A stretch of 64,000 bases of DNA, from contig OU015569.1 in assembly GCA_907165135.1 (NCBI GenBank), positions 4,898,001 to 4,962,000 on the forward strand, in the 5' to 3' direction. The stretch comes from Oikopleura dioica. Its lineage: Eukaryota; Animalia; Chordata. The position numbers and the translations under genes are program-made. Of the stretch, positions 23,361 to 35,298 are shown in pieces (positions within the stretch are counted from its first letter, which is position 1; every line of letters starts with the position of its first letter). Under the pieces are notes generated by a model, which saw nothing but the letters and a program-made list of their open reading frames with translations, had not been told where the DNA came from and searched no databases.

Positions 23361-24737
23361 ATGGTGACGGGTGACGAGTTACTGTATGTCGGCTTCAACC
23401 AGGACCACGGCTGCTTCGCCTGCGGCACGAAATCTGGCTTCGTCGTTTACAATTCTTACCCGTTAAAAGTAAGTCACAGTAACTGTGATCTTTTTTCACA
23501 CTTCTAAAGATAAAACAACGCCGTGTGATCCAAGGCTTGTCGTCTGGATGTTCAAAAGTGGAGATGCTTTACCGCTGCAATTTCTTGGCTCTAGTCGGTA
23601 GAGAATCTTGTCCACAGTTGCCATCGACTAAAGTGGCAGTTTGGGACTGCGAAACGCGACAAGTGGCAGCAGAACTCGCTTTCTCGTCTGATGTCCGGAG
23701 AGTCAGGCTGTCGAGAGATCGAATCGTTGTCGCGCTAGGTTTGTTCCTCATTCCTTTCTGTTACTTTTCACCTTCAAAATAGATACAATGGTGAAAGTTT
23801 TTACGTTCACTCGACCGCCACAGCAAAGCGACGTCTTCGAATCAGGTCCGAATCCAAATGGACTTCTAGTTCTTTCTCCCAGCTACCAAAACGTGGTAAT
23901 CGCCTTCCCCTCACGAAAAGTCGGCTACGTTACTCTAATCAGGCTCATTGCGGAAGGCGCCAACGACGAAAAGGAGATCGAAGCGCATAAAGTTTCCATT
24001 TTCAATCTCTAAAACTGTTTTAATGAATTTCTAGGGAAAACTCGCACAAATTGCAATTAGCCAAGACGGAAAACTACTAGCCACGGCTTCAGCCAAGGGA
24101 ACACTAATTAGAGTTTGGAACACGGCGACACTTGAAAAGGTTCGATTTTCATTCTACTATATCATTAAACATTTATCAAAATTGTTTTGATTTTTATTAT
24201 ATTAATATTAAACCTTACGGGATCTCCGTGATACCCCACTGAGAAGCCATATTTTAAATATATAATCAGATAAATTATTAGATTTTGATTCTTCCCTGAT
24301 AAATTTAAACTCTACGAATATTCCAGGTGTACGAATTGAGAAGAGGAGTAAGCGACGCCTTCACATATTCAATAAATTTTTCCTCCGACTGCTCCCTTCT
24401 CTGCTCCCTTTCCTCCCGCGGCACGTGTCACATTTGGAAGCTATCAGATGCCCAGGACAAGAAGTCACTTCTCGACGGCAGGAGAAGCGTCGCACAAGTG
24501 CAAATTCCTGACTTTGTTCAAAAATCAGGTATTGTTGTCGCTTTCGCTTAATTTTGGTTAGAGAGACATTCAGGGTTCGACCCCAGCGTGGAGCCGTATC
24601 AGTGCGCGTTCACTCCGGACATGAAGCGGCTGCTGGTCATTTGCGACAACGGCACCTATCACAGATATCGTCTGCGTCTCGCCAAGGGCCAGGAGCCTCT
24701 CCATGAGCATTCTGTAAATTTCCTCTCTCAATCGTGA
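23361..24737 (+). CDS. WDR45B: PROPPIN, WIPI3/WIPI4 type
   Basis: [16 protein letters not shown]; [14 protein letters not shown]; [12 protein letters not shown]; LRRG phosphoinositide motif. Confidence 0.9.
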
Positions 24738-25250
24738 TTCAGAGTGTTCTCTTCCTTGATTTCCAAATTCAAAAACTCTTTCTATTTCTATCCTGTTATT
24801 TTCTCTCCAGTTTGTTCAAGAACACACATCTGTCTGCAAAAAACTATTTCGGTGATCATTCATTTTGCCATTGATCCATTACCTTCTTTTTTATTTTCAA
24901 AAACTGATAAGAATTCTCATTCAAGAAAAAGCAACAATCCGTAAGGTGTCTTCTTTCTCTCCCATTTTCTTCAAACTGATACCATTTCAACAAAAAACTG
25001 ATCTCCTGGATGTTTCTTATCTCTTTACTTGTGAACCTTACCCGCGGCTCTTTCGAGGCCGAAAAATTATTATTATATTATAATAACACTGTTATAATGT
25101 AAATTCAAAAAAGCAAATCGGTACGCGCTCTACCGAAAACAAAAACAACTGTCAATACTTAAAAAGGTTAATCCTGGTCTATAGCTATTCCACTTAAAAA
25201 TTCATCATGTAAAAATCAAAAGCTTTTATTTCAAGTGTTCACTTTTTAAG

Positions 25251-27931
25251 ATGGGACGAAAGGTGGATGTCGCGAAATCGCTGAAATTCTTTGGTTACTC
25301 GATTCAAAAAGATGCTGCAGGTATGCAAAAAAGAAATGAACAGTTTTCAAACTGTCGAATTTCAGAACTAGTGAGCAAACAGTTGGAAAACGTTCCTCTA
25401 TCAACGCATGATGACTGGATCGACAATCTGGTCGACTCTCTCCAGCGCCAAACGCTCAAGTCGAACATTCTCAACTTTACTGATGTTCGATCGGCGCTGA
25501 AAGACTTGCAGCGTTCTGGAGGTCAAGTCGTGGAATTAATGGAGGCAGAGACGAGCCAAACAACTGTATGTACGGGCGCTATCTATTATTCATCAGTTAT
25601 CGCAGATGAGATAGAGTTTTTTTAGCAGGAGGAGCAGCAAGAAACAGACAAAAAAGATTCCTTCTTTCGGGTTATCGACGCCTTTGAAGTACCCCGGTAC
25701 ATTTACGATCGAGAAGGAGAGAGATATGTTAAAGAAACACAGCAACCGCTCATGGGAGGGATCGACTCCAAAGTCGAGATGTTCAGAGAAAGGTAAAAAA
25801 TCAAACTTGGCTTATAGAGTCTCTAAATAGTGCGTCTTTATGAATAGAATATAGATTATTCTTAAATGGAATTAAACTTTTGATAAATAATTCAGAAAAC
25901 ATGACTTTATTACAGCAGTAACATATTATTTAAAATAATTCCTATTAGCAATCATTTTTGGCAGAGGCTCCAACAACAGCTCTATATTTGGTAGAACTTA
26001 AACATTTTTCTCTCATTTAAAAATAAGGCTTGATTCACAGAATAAACAGTTTATATGATGAAATAATTTGTGTTTATCATTTTATCAGTATTCTTCCGGA
26101 AGATCGATATTTATACTATTCCAATTGATGGCGCTATAACGCTCGTTATCATACCGGAAAATTCGCGATAACATTTGACCAATCTTAGAAAGAATTGCTT
26201 TTAAAAAGATCTCATTACTAGTCGCCTTCATTCAGGTACAATTCCGTGCTGGTCAGGACTCTTCGTCATCGACTTTTTTCGGCTGGCCATAGAAAAGCGC
26301 AAACTGCACAGTTCTCGCTTCAGAAGATTGAGTACCTAAAAGGCTGCACTTCAAAAATGAAGGATATCGTCATTCTTGGCATGTTGAATCAGATGAAAGA
26401 AGGAGAGTGGTGGATCGAAGACCCTTCTGGCGCGATATTAATAGACATGAAAAACGCTACCTTCCATAAAGGCACAGTTTGAAAGATAGAGTCTATACCC
26501 TCTGTGCGGCAGCCTTTGTCTCTTTTTTCAGCGATTTTGAACTCGAGAAAAAGGATTATTCACGGAGTCATCGATGATTTTGGTAGAAGGAACTTATGAT
26601 AATGGGGTGATTTACGCGACGGCATTCGGCTTCCCTCCGCCCGAAAGTGCCTCCGTCTCACGTAGCTACCACAGTACAACGAATTTCTTTGGCGGCGAAA
26701 GGGGCACCAACATTGGAAGTTCCGAAAGAATGCAAGTTTTGGAGAGAGATTGCGAGAATTCCGTTTGCTTCTTGTCAGGAAAGGATTTATAAATTGATAA
26801 TTTATTGAAGTTGAAATGCTTTCATTGTTCAATTCCAATAGGGATTTGAAATCCTCTCTGAGGCGTGCACTTGGACGAAGAGAAACCCTTCAATCGGCTA
26901 ATACGACTTTTGGAAGGATTCGCCGTGGCACCGCCGATCGCCTTCGTTCTTTGCGGCGAGCTTCTTGCCTCTCCTCACATGCCAAACTCGTACGACGTTC
27001 TCAGCGAGCGTCTCGAGAAGCTGGCAAGAAAGGCTGTCGAGCTTGATCTTCGCGATACACACTTCGTTTTCATTCCTTCCTCGTCTGATCCCGGCCTGGG
27101 CGATTGCCTACCGAGGTACATTTGCAACTTGTGGGTGTTTTCTACCTCCGGCGATTTTAGACCGGCAATTCCCGAGTCCGTTATACCTCAATATGTTCGT
27201 CAGAAGCTGCCAAAATGGACATTCACGTCTAATCCATCGCGTATCACGCTTTTCTCGCAAGAAATCGTCATCTATCGAGCAGACCTCGTCGCCAAGCTGA
27301 TGCGTCACGCTGTGCGCATGCCCGCTGGTGATCACCAAGAAATGGCCGTCAAGACAATCTTGAGCCAGGCTCACCTGAGTCCCCTCCCGCAGCGACTTTC
27401 CCCTATTTATTGGGGCTGGGATCATGCACTGCCACGGGGTTGAAACTTCAAACAGAGACTTCTTATATCGCTATCGAAAATTTATTTACTAAATAGGGCA
27501 CTTCCAAAAATACTCCTTTTAAAGTCTTTATTTGAGATTTTTTGACTGCTGTAGAGAGTACACATTGTCCCGGCCGGAAGTGCCGTTGAGACTCGCCCGC
27601 TTATAGCTTAGCTGTTGAAAAAGTGACTGTAAGTCTAGTGAAAGCAAAAGTTCGGGAGGAATAACATCCGGACTACTCGTGGCCCCCTTTAGATGTTCGT
27701 TTAGATCATCTATTGAGACAGGGTTATTTTTGCTTGTTGCGGTTTTCAACCCCTGACCAGCGATTATTTCCACTGCCCGATGTTTTGGTGTTAGCGGACA
27801 CATATCAAGAGTACAACCTGACATCATCGGGCGTTGTGTGCCTAAATCCGTCTTCCTTCGCAAAAGACGGCAGCTTCCACGTTTACTATCCGAATCACCG
27901 AAACGTCGAAGTATCAAAAGTCCCCTTATGA
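25251..27931 (+). CDS. POLE2: DNA polymerase epsilon subunit 2
   Basis: VILGMLNQMKEG; IEDPSGAI; GFPPPE; VFIPSSSDPG; FTSNPSRI; TILSQAHLSPLP; LFPLPDVLVLAD; NPSSF. Confidence 0.93.
27433..27755. mobile_element. Decayed TIR element coinciding with a POLE2 intron
   Basis: Left end CACGGGGTTGAAAC and reverse-complemented right end CAGGGGTTGAAAAC lie at the two exon junctions; only a degenerate flanking duplication remains. Confidence 0.6.
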
Positions 27932-28406
27932 GACTTTTCTTCAGTTACTAAAAATGAGCCTTTTCCTGTCTTTGATCATTTCAACATTCACTCACTACAC
28001 TGCCTTTACCCTTTCTAGGGAAGTGAACGAGCGACGAACTTTTTTCAGTAAAACTAGGTTAGCTTCGAATTTCTAATAAGGCCGATCGAGAGAGTCTCTA
28101 GAGAAAATACGCGGCTTATTCCAGTTGATGCAATTATTGCGTTCAAATACCCGATAACTTCAACTCCTTTCATAGAAATCGGGCCACCATCACGTTATTC
28201 AAACATCGTGTTTTTTCGACTGATTTTTTTTACAGTACCGACCTGTTTTATCGGTAGATTGGCTTGATCAATCTGATAGTAATTCTGACACTAAGTTCCC
28301 TAGTTTTGTTACGTTGAGATTGTATTTTGTGGCTCGTTCACTTCAGAGAGTCTGTAAATCTAGCCAAGCAACAGTCAATTAAAAAAATATTCTTCAGAGA
28401 TAAAAA

Positions 28407-29228
28407 ATGGCGAGTCAACAAGAAACAGAAGAATTCGAAATTGATTGGAAGTGCAACTCGCTGTGGACAGTCGAGTACCCTAAGGGTTCCAAACTGGGCA
28501 AATTGCTCTCTCACTTTTCGATGATTCCCGTGATTGCTCCTTTCGCGCTGCTGGTCCTTTTGATTATCAAGCGCAACTTTGCCAGTTTCCGCTGCTTGAC
28601 TGGTCTTCTAGCCTCTACCCTTTTCTGTCGCCTTTTAAAAAGTTACTTTCGTTTTCCAAGGCCTGATGCAGGTCACTCCGCCTCGCACGGCAAGTACGGC
28701 TTCCCTTCCGACCATTCTATGTCAGGTAATCACCAAGCGAATAATTATTGTTGATCTACGAGTGAATGTTTAGTCGCCGTGCTCGTCATATTCGTTCTTC
28801 ATTATTCAAAGAAAATCAATTCGATTTGTCTTCGCGCTCTTGTCAATCTTTCAATTATTTTCTCGTCCCTCCTCGTCGTCATCTCACGCGTTTTTCTTCA
28901 GGTAAATATATTTTTATTAATCAAAACAAGGCTTTGCACCATTTTCTATCAGGTCCAAAAAATAAGTTTGGCTCTTTCTTATTAAATTTAAATTTCACAG
29001 TATTGTGGCGGCATTATAAACCTGGTTATTTAATGCATTCATTAAATGGCTGGATAAAAGCAATACATTATTAATCGTTTCTTTTTAGTATCATAGCCTG
29101 GATCAAGTATTAGCTGGCTACTGTTTCGGCTTGCTTTTTGCATTGATTTGGCTAAAATGCAGCAAATCGCAGAAGAAAAACTTCGAGCACGCGTCAAAGA
29201 GAATTGCCGAAGAAGCGACCAAATTTGA
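28407..29228 (+). CDS. DOLPP1: Dolichyldiphosphatase 1 (PAP2 family)
   Basis: TVEYPKG; IIKRN; KSYFRFPRP (C1); KYGFPSDHS (C2); SRVFLQYHSLDQV (C3). Confidence 0.88.
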
Positions 29229-29498
29229 GAAGCTAAAAATTGTTAAATTCTTCGCTGGCGAAGGAGAAAGCAAAAAGACTTCGTAGACAGTCTGGTAGAC
29301 AATTATTAGTGCTAGTTAATGTTCTTCCCTAATTCCGATATTCTTTTTTCTGTATTTCTTGTCTCAGTAGATTTCCAATAAAGTGAGTAATTAATTAACA
29401 ATCCGTCAAAAAGGAATCATTTTTTACGATAAGGCCTTTGTTAGCCTATGAAAAACCTAAAAACTAAGTATTTTTCTGAGATGAGCTTCGTGAGAAGA

Positions 29499-31714
29499 GG
29501 ACGGAAAAAATCCAAATTTAAAAAAATCTTTTTTTTTGGAATTTCATTTTTTTATTGTTTCCATCAAATTCTCCATATTCGAAAACCTAGAAAAAAATTA
29601 TTTGTTTAGACAGGAGGCCTTCTAAATATTTTTTAATATTCATCTAAAAGTGCAAAAATGCCCTTCAGGAAAAGCTTCTTTTGAAAGGGTTCCGGTAATT
29701 TTTCTTTTGATTTCTTTCCTCGACCATCTAGAGACAGGTCTCGGACAGTTCGGTTAGCAAAAAAAAATAAATAATACTTATTGTCTTCATGCTCAAAATA
29801 TGCATTAAATAACGTGTTAATGACCAAAAACACCGAAAAACGTGAAAAAACGCTGAACGATCAATGATCGTCATTCTATTGAGCGAAAAAAAGTCGAATA
29901 AGTCAAAGGCAAGATATTTCAAAATAATTGCCTATCGAAATATATAAATGTATATCATTCATTAAGAGCTATTTTGTCAATTCACAGAGATGCGACTATT
30001 TGGCTATTTTTCAATCAACTTAATAATCTCAGAGGCAACGAAACGCAAAACGACCAATTTTTTAACGACATTGTTATTTTTGAATGCTTAAAAATAACCA
30101 TTCATTGTACGGATAGTCGAAATCTTGGGGCCTCCAATCTCATTTTTCTCAAACTTGTTCAAATACAGTCACTTATCATGTCTGCAAAATTTCATGCGAT
30201 TTGAAACGCAGCGCGACCATTTTTAGTATAATTTATTATAAAGCTTTAAATAGCTCTAGAATCTGAGTTTTTCGGGCCTCCAAGCTGATTGCTCTTGACC
30301 AAACTTTGGTATATGTAAACTACATTTATGCAAAATTTCATAAAATTTGAGACGCAGCGCGACCCTTTTTGTCCAAATTATATCGAAATTCTATAAAAAT
30401 AGCAATTTATTAGTTGGTTTTGGCTCTAGAATCCAAGTTTCGAGAGCCTCCAACCTAATTCTTCTCAAGCAGGGTAAGAAGACTATATTCTATCTGACTG
30501 CCTAATTTCAATCAAATCGAGACGCAGCGCGACCATTTTTTACGCTTCAAATCGATTTATTTTTGGTAGGTTGATAAAAAGCACCCGCTGAAACTCGCAT
30601 GAGAAAAATTGGGCTGGAGGCCATTGGAACTTGGATTCTTGATCCAAAACTTACTAATAAGTGGTTATTATTATCATTTTTTCGTAAAAAATGGTCGCGC
30701 TGCGTCTCGATTTGATTGAAATTAGGCAGTCAGATAGAATATAGTCTTCTTACCCTGCTTGAGAAGAATTAGGTTGGAGGCTCTCGAAACTTGGATTCTA
30801 GAGCCAAAACCAACTAATAAATTGCTATTTTTATAGAATTTCGATATAATTTGGACAAAAAGGGTCGCGCTGCGTCTCAAATTTTATGAAATTTTGCATA
30901 AATGTAGTTTACATATACCAAAGTTTGGTCAAGAGCAATCAGCTTGGAGGCCCGAAAAACTCAGATTCTAGAGCTATTTAAAGCTTTATAATAAATTATA
31001 CTAAAAATGGTCGCGCTGCGTTTCAAATCGCATGAAATTTTGCAGACATGATAAGTGACTGTATTTGAACAAGTTTGAGAAAATGAGATTGGAGGCCCCA
31101 AGATTTCGACTATCCGTACAATGAATGGTTATTTTTAAGCATTCAAAAATAACAATGTCGTTAAAAAATTGGTCGTTTTGCGTTTCGTTGCCTCTGAGAT
31201 TATTAAGTTGATTGAAAAATAGCCAAATAGTCGCATCTCTGTGAATTGACAAAATAGCTCTTAATGAATGATATACATTTATATATTTCGATAGGCAATT
31301 ATTTTGAAATATCTTGCCTTTGACTTATTCGACTTTTTCGCTCAATAGAATGACGATCATTGATCGTTCAGCGTTTTTTCACGTTTTTCGGTGTTTTTGG
31401 TCATTAACACGTTATTTAATGCATATTTTGAGCATGAAGACAATAAGTATTATTTATTTTTTTGCTAACCGAACTGTCCGAGACCTGTCTCTAGATGGTC
31501 GAGGAAAGAAATCAAAAGAAAAATTACCGGAACCCTTTCAAAAGAAGCTTTTCCTGAAGGGCATTTTTGCACTTTTAGATGAATATTAAAAATATTTAGA
31601 AGGCCTCCTGTCTAAACAAATAATTTTTCTAGGTTTTCGAATATGGAGAATTTGATGGAAACAATAAAAAATGAAATTCCAAAAAAGATTTTTAAATTTG
31701 GATTTTTTCCGTCC
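29499..31714. mobile_element. 2.2-kb foldback element (about 1.04-kb arms, 138-bp spacer) with internal tandem subrepeats
   Basis: 29499-30544 is the reverse complement of 30683-31714. The GACGCAGCGCGACC/GGCCTCCAA units recur every ~150-170 bp in the inner arms. Possible degenerate 8-bp TSD gagaagag/cagaagtg. Confidence 0.8.
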
Positions 31715-32125
31715 AGAAGTGATTAAATTTGAATTTGTAAAAAGGCTTCTCTAAAATATTAAATGGAAAATTGAAAGACACGCCAAAAATCATCAATGTC
31801 TGTATTGAATCGATCTTTTGATCTTGACGAGTCTGATTTAAGAGCTTGCCACAGTAGTGTCGCGTGTTTATTCCCAGTAAAGCCTGGCATTAAAGGAATA
31901 TCGATTTCGGGCCTTCACGAATTTGTGTTTCTGTCCAATGCAATTACCTTCTCCCTCTTTGCGACACCACTTTTCGCATTTTCATTTCTAACAAAATCAA
32001 CATACGCGTTTTTTATATATTTTCACAGCTCGACTAAGAGAAAACAATAGAGCCTTTTGGAAAGCTCGAAAAATATTTAACAAGGATTTGTGCGAGTTCT
32101 AATGAATGTTTGTTTAGAAAGAAAA

Positions 32126-35100
32126 ATGGAGTTCCGTGCTGTAAAACAGCCGGAGCAACGGATTGCCCTGACCGGTTGCGTGGCGATATCGAATGCCAAA
32201 TTCAGTTCCAACACTGCATTTAAAGTCAGGAAAGACAGCAAGACGTACTACTTTACCGGCATGCCGTCCAGTGTCCAGCAGAATGAGGTAATTTAGAGAA
32301 CATTCCCGTTCGAGAGCATTTCTTGACGGATTCTGTGTTTATCTCTGACAGAGTGGGGCGAGACATGATCACAGCGGGAAGTGATCTATCAAAAATACAT
32401 GTTGCAATTAATCAAACCGTGATCAATGTTTTTGGAACGGGAAGGAAGTTCGCTAGAAATGGGCGGTTAGATTCGCATTCATTCATCACGTTTGTTTCAG
32501 ATGGGCTTCTCTGGCGTGCAGCGCGAATTCCTCGGCCTGGCCGAAGTGGACAGCGTGACGGCGGAGGAGATCAGCGCGAGCAAGTTGGCGCAGGTTTACT
32601 CGATCACGCTCGAGATCGACTTCTACTCGCGCACTGTCACGAAGCAGTCATTCAATGCAGATGACTTCGCAGATGCCATCAAGAATAGCTTCAGCGGCGT
32701 TCTCCTCCAAGTCGGCCATTCCTTCCCCTTCAAGCACAATCAATCGCCCTTCTTCAGACTCACCGTCAAGGAGATCAAAACGCTCACTGCCGACAAGGGC
32801 TACAAATCGTCCAACGACAAACCAGGCCTTCTCAATCAAAATTCGTCCATCAAATTCCAGAGGAAGGCTGATTCGACACTGATACTCACTGGCTCCGCTG
32901 TCAGTGCCTCCGCCAATATCATCAATCCCGATTTCGACTTCTCTAAAGTCGGCATTGGCGGTCTCGATGATGAGTTCAAAGAGATCTTCCGACGAGCCTT
33001 TGCTTCGCGTATCTTCCCGCCAGATATTGTCGAAAAGATGGGAGGCAAACACGTGCGCGGTATTCTTCTTTACGGCCCTCCAGGTTGTGGTAAAACTCTT
33101 ATGGCGCGTAAGATCGGAAAGATGCTGAGCGCGCGCGAGCCAAAGATCGTCAACGGCCCCGAAATCTTGAACAAGTACGTCGGAGAGTCTGAAGCCAACA
33201 TCAGAAAGCTATTTGCCGAAGCAGAAGAGGAAGAGCAACGCTTAGGAACGTAGATAAAAAATCTCTCGCTCATATTTTCTCTTGTTTGATAGCTATTTCG
33301 AGCAATTTTGTATCGTGTGATTAGGGCCAAACTCAGGACTGCACATCATCATTTTCGATGAGCTGGACGCCATTTGCAAGCAGCGAGGCAATTCCGCTTC
33401 GTCGTCAGGCGTGCACGACACTGTCGTAAATCAGCTGCTTTCAAAAATCGATGGTGTCAACTCGCTTAATAATGTACTGATCATTGGAATGACCAATCGT
33501 CCTGATTTGATCGATGATGCGCTCAAGCGACCCGGTCGACTGGAAGTGCACAAGGAAATTGGCCTGCCCGATGAAGGCGGTCGCAAGCAAATTCTTGATA
33601 TTCATACGGAAAAGATGAGGACTAATCGGCTAATGGCGCCCGATGTCGACCTCGATCTGTTGGCTGCGAAAACGAAGAACTTCTCCGGAGCGGAAATCGA
33701 AGGTCTCGTTCGAGCAGCCCAGTCTTGTGCGTTCAACAGGTGAGCATCAAATATCTTTAGCTGTTTGATTTTACGCTCAAGGACTAAAGGTTGAAGATTC
33801 ATCATTTTTCATTTATGACCGCATAAATTTAATCCGATAGCACCAGGGAACGTCAAGAGACGTGCATCCGGGCCATCGTCAATTCGAGCTGGTTTTAACA
33901 ACATGAACTCTCGAGTAGACGTTCTGCGGCTTGATAGTATCGCCGTTCATGGAAAACGAGGGCACTCGGGCATGACACTTGCATTCACGAATTTGGAAGG
34001 GCGATTTTTAAGAACGGATAGTACACTTCCCGAGCACTAACTAACACTCCATTATCGGCTATAATTAAGAGCCTATTTGTCGACGGCTACGCCTGAACAA
34101 AGTTTAAGTACAAAACTTTTCTTAGGTGTACCTCCGGTGGAACAAAAGCCGAAATGGACGACGAAAAGATCAAGAATGTGCGTGTCGACATGAACGACTT
34201 CAACTACGCCTTCCAGAACGACATCAAGCCTGCCTTTGGTGTGAAGGATCAAGTGCTGCAGCAGTTCTTGGCGAACGGGATCGTCAACTGGGGCCACACT
34301 GATCGACTTTTATCCGATGGCATGGATTTGGCGAACACGGCCAAGAATGGCAAGCGCACGCACTTAGTGACCGCCTTGTTGGAGGGAGCTACGGGTGCGG
34401 GCAAATCCGCTCTCGCCGCAAAAATAGCCATGGATGCTGAATGCCCTTGCGTCCGGCTTATCAACCCACAGTCACTCATTGATCATGGCGAAGGTAGATT
34501 CCCTTCCCTTTTCGTTGAAATAAGCAATCGAATTCAGCTGGCAAATGTCAAGCTATCGTGCGCGCTTTCGAGGAAGCCCACAAATCCTCGCAGTCAGTAG
34601 TTGTCGTCGACGACATCGAACGACTCCTCGATTACAACCCAATCGGTCCTCGATTTTCCAACGCTGTCTGCCAGACGCTCCTTGTCCAACTTCGAGTAAA
34701 TCCTCCCAAGGGTCGACGATGTCTTGTTCTCGCTACATCCTCAAATAAGGAAGTTCTTCACAATATGGGTCTATTAGGTAGAACATCAGTGAAGCGAAAA
34801 GAGAATCATTTACGTTCATCTAGGTTGTTTTGATAAAATGCTTCACGTTCCAACGATGAGATCGTCCAGTCACGTGGCGCAAGCGCTTCAAGGTCTTGGT
34901 GGAGTGTCGGAGAGAGATATCTGTAAGTGACTGAAAAGACGAGAGTTTACTAACACTTGATTCAGCACAAATATCGACGGATATTGGCTCGAGAGAGCTT
35001 AGTTTGCCTATCAAAAGATTAATTCATGTGGCTGGTGTTGCTGAAACAACCTGCGGTTCCAAAGGTAAGTGCTTCTCAAAAAGCGCCCCGGTCTTACTTT

Positions 35101-35298
35101 TTGTCTAAAAGCTCTTTCCAGTACTCATCAGAATACTCGAATACTTTCTATTTTCAATTTATATGCTCTATCAAATTCTTTTAGAAAAGCATTCATTTTT
35201 ACTCACTTTTAGGTTTCGCGAATAAATTCATCTCTCTACTGGAAGAAGATGATTCACTGGCTGGCGCAGGATCGAACTTTTCAAGATCGAACTTTTAA
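32126..35298 (+). CDS. NSF: N-ethylmaleimide-sensitive fusion ATPase
   Basis: [20 protein letters not shown]; D1 Walker A GPPGCGKT; IIFDELDAI; [10 protein letters not shown]; RPGRLE; D2 GATGAGKS and VVVDDIERL. Confidence 0.96.

Noticed and set aside
29633-31589. Duplicated ORFs in the foldback arms as a possible transposase or gene pair
   Set aside because: Short, AT-rich, broken by homopolymer frameshifts, with no DDE or zinc-finger motifs; they follow from the palindrome.
32648-34479. Long antisense or alternate-frame ORFs over NSF (likewise over DNAH10, SAC1, POLE2, CTSB)
   Set aside because: Shadow frames of real coding exons.
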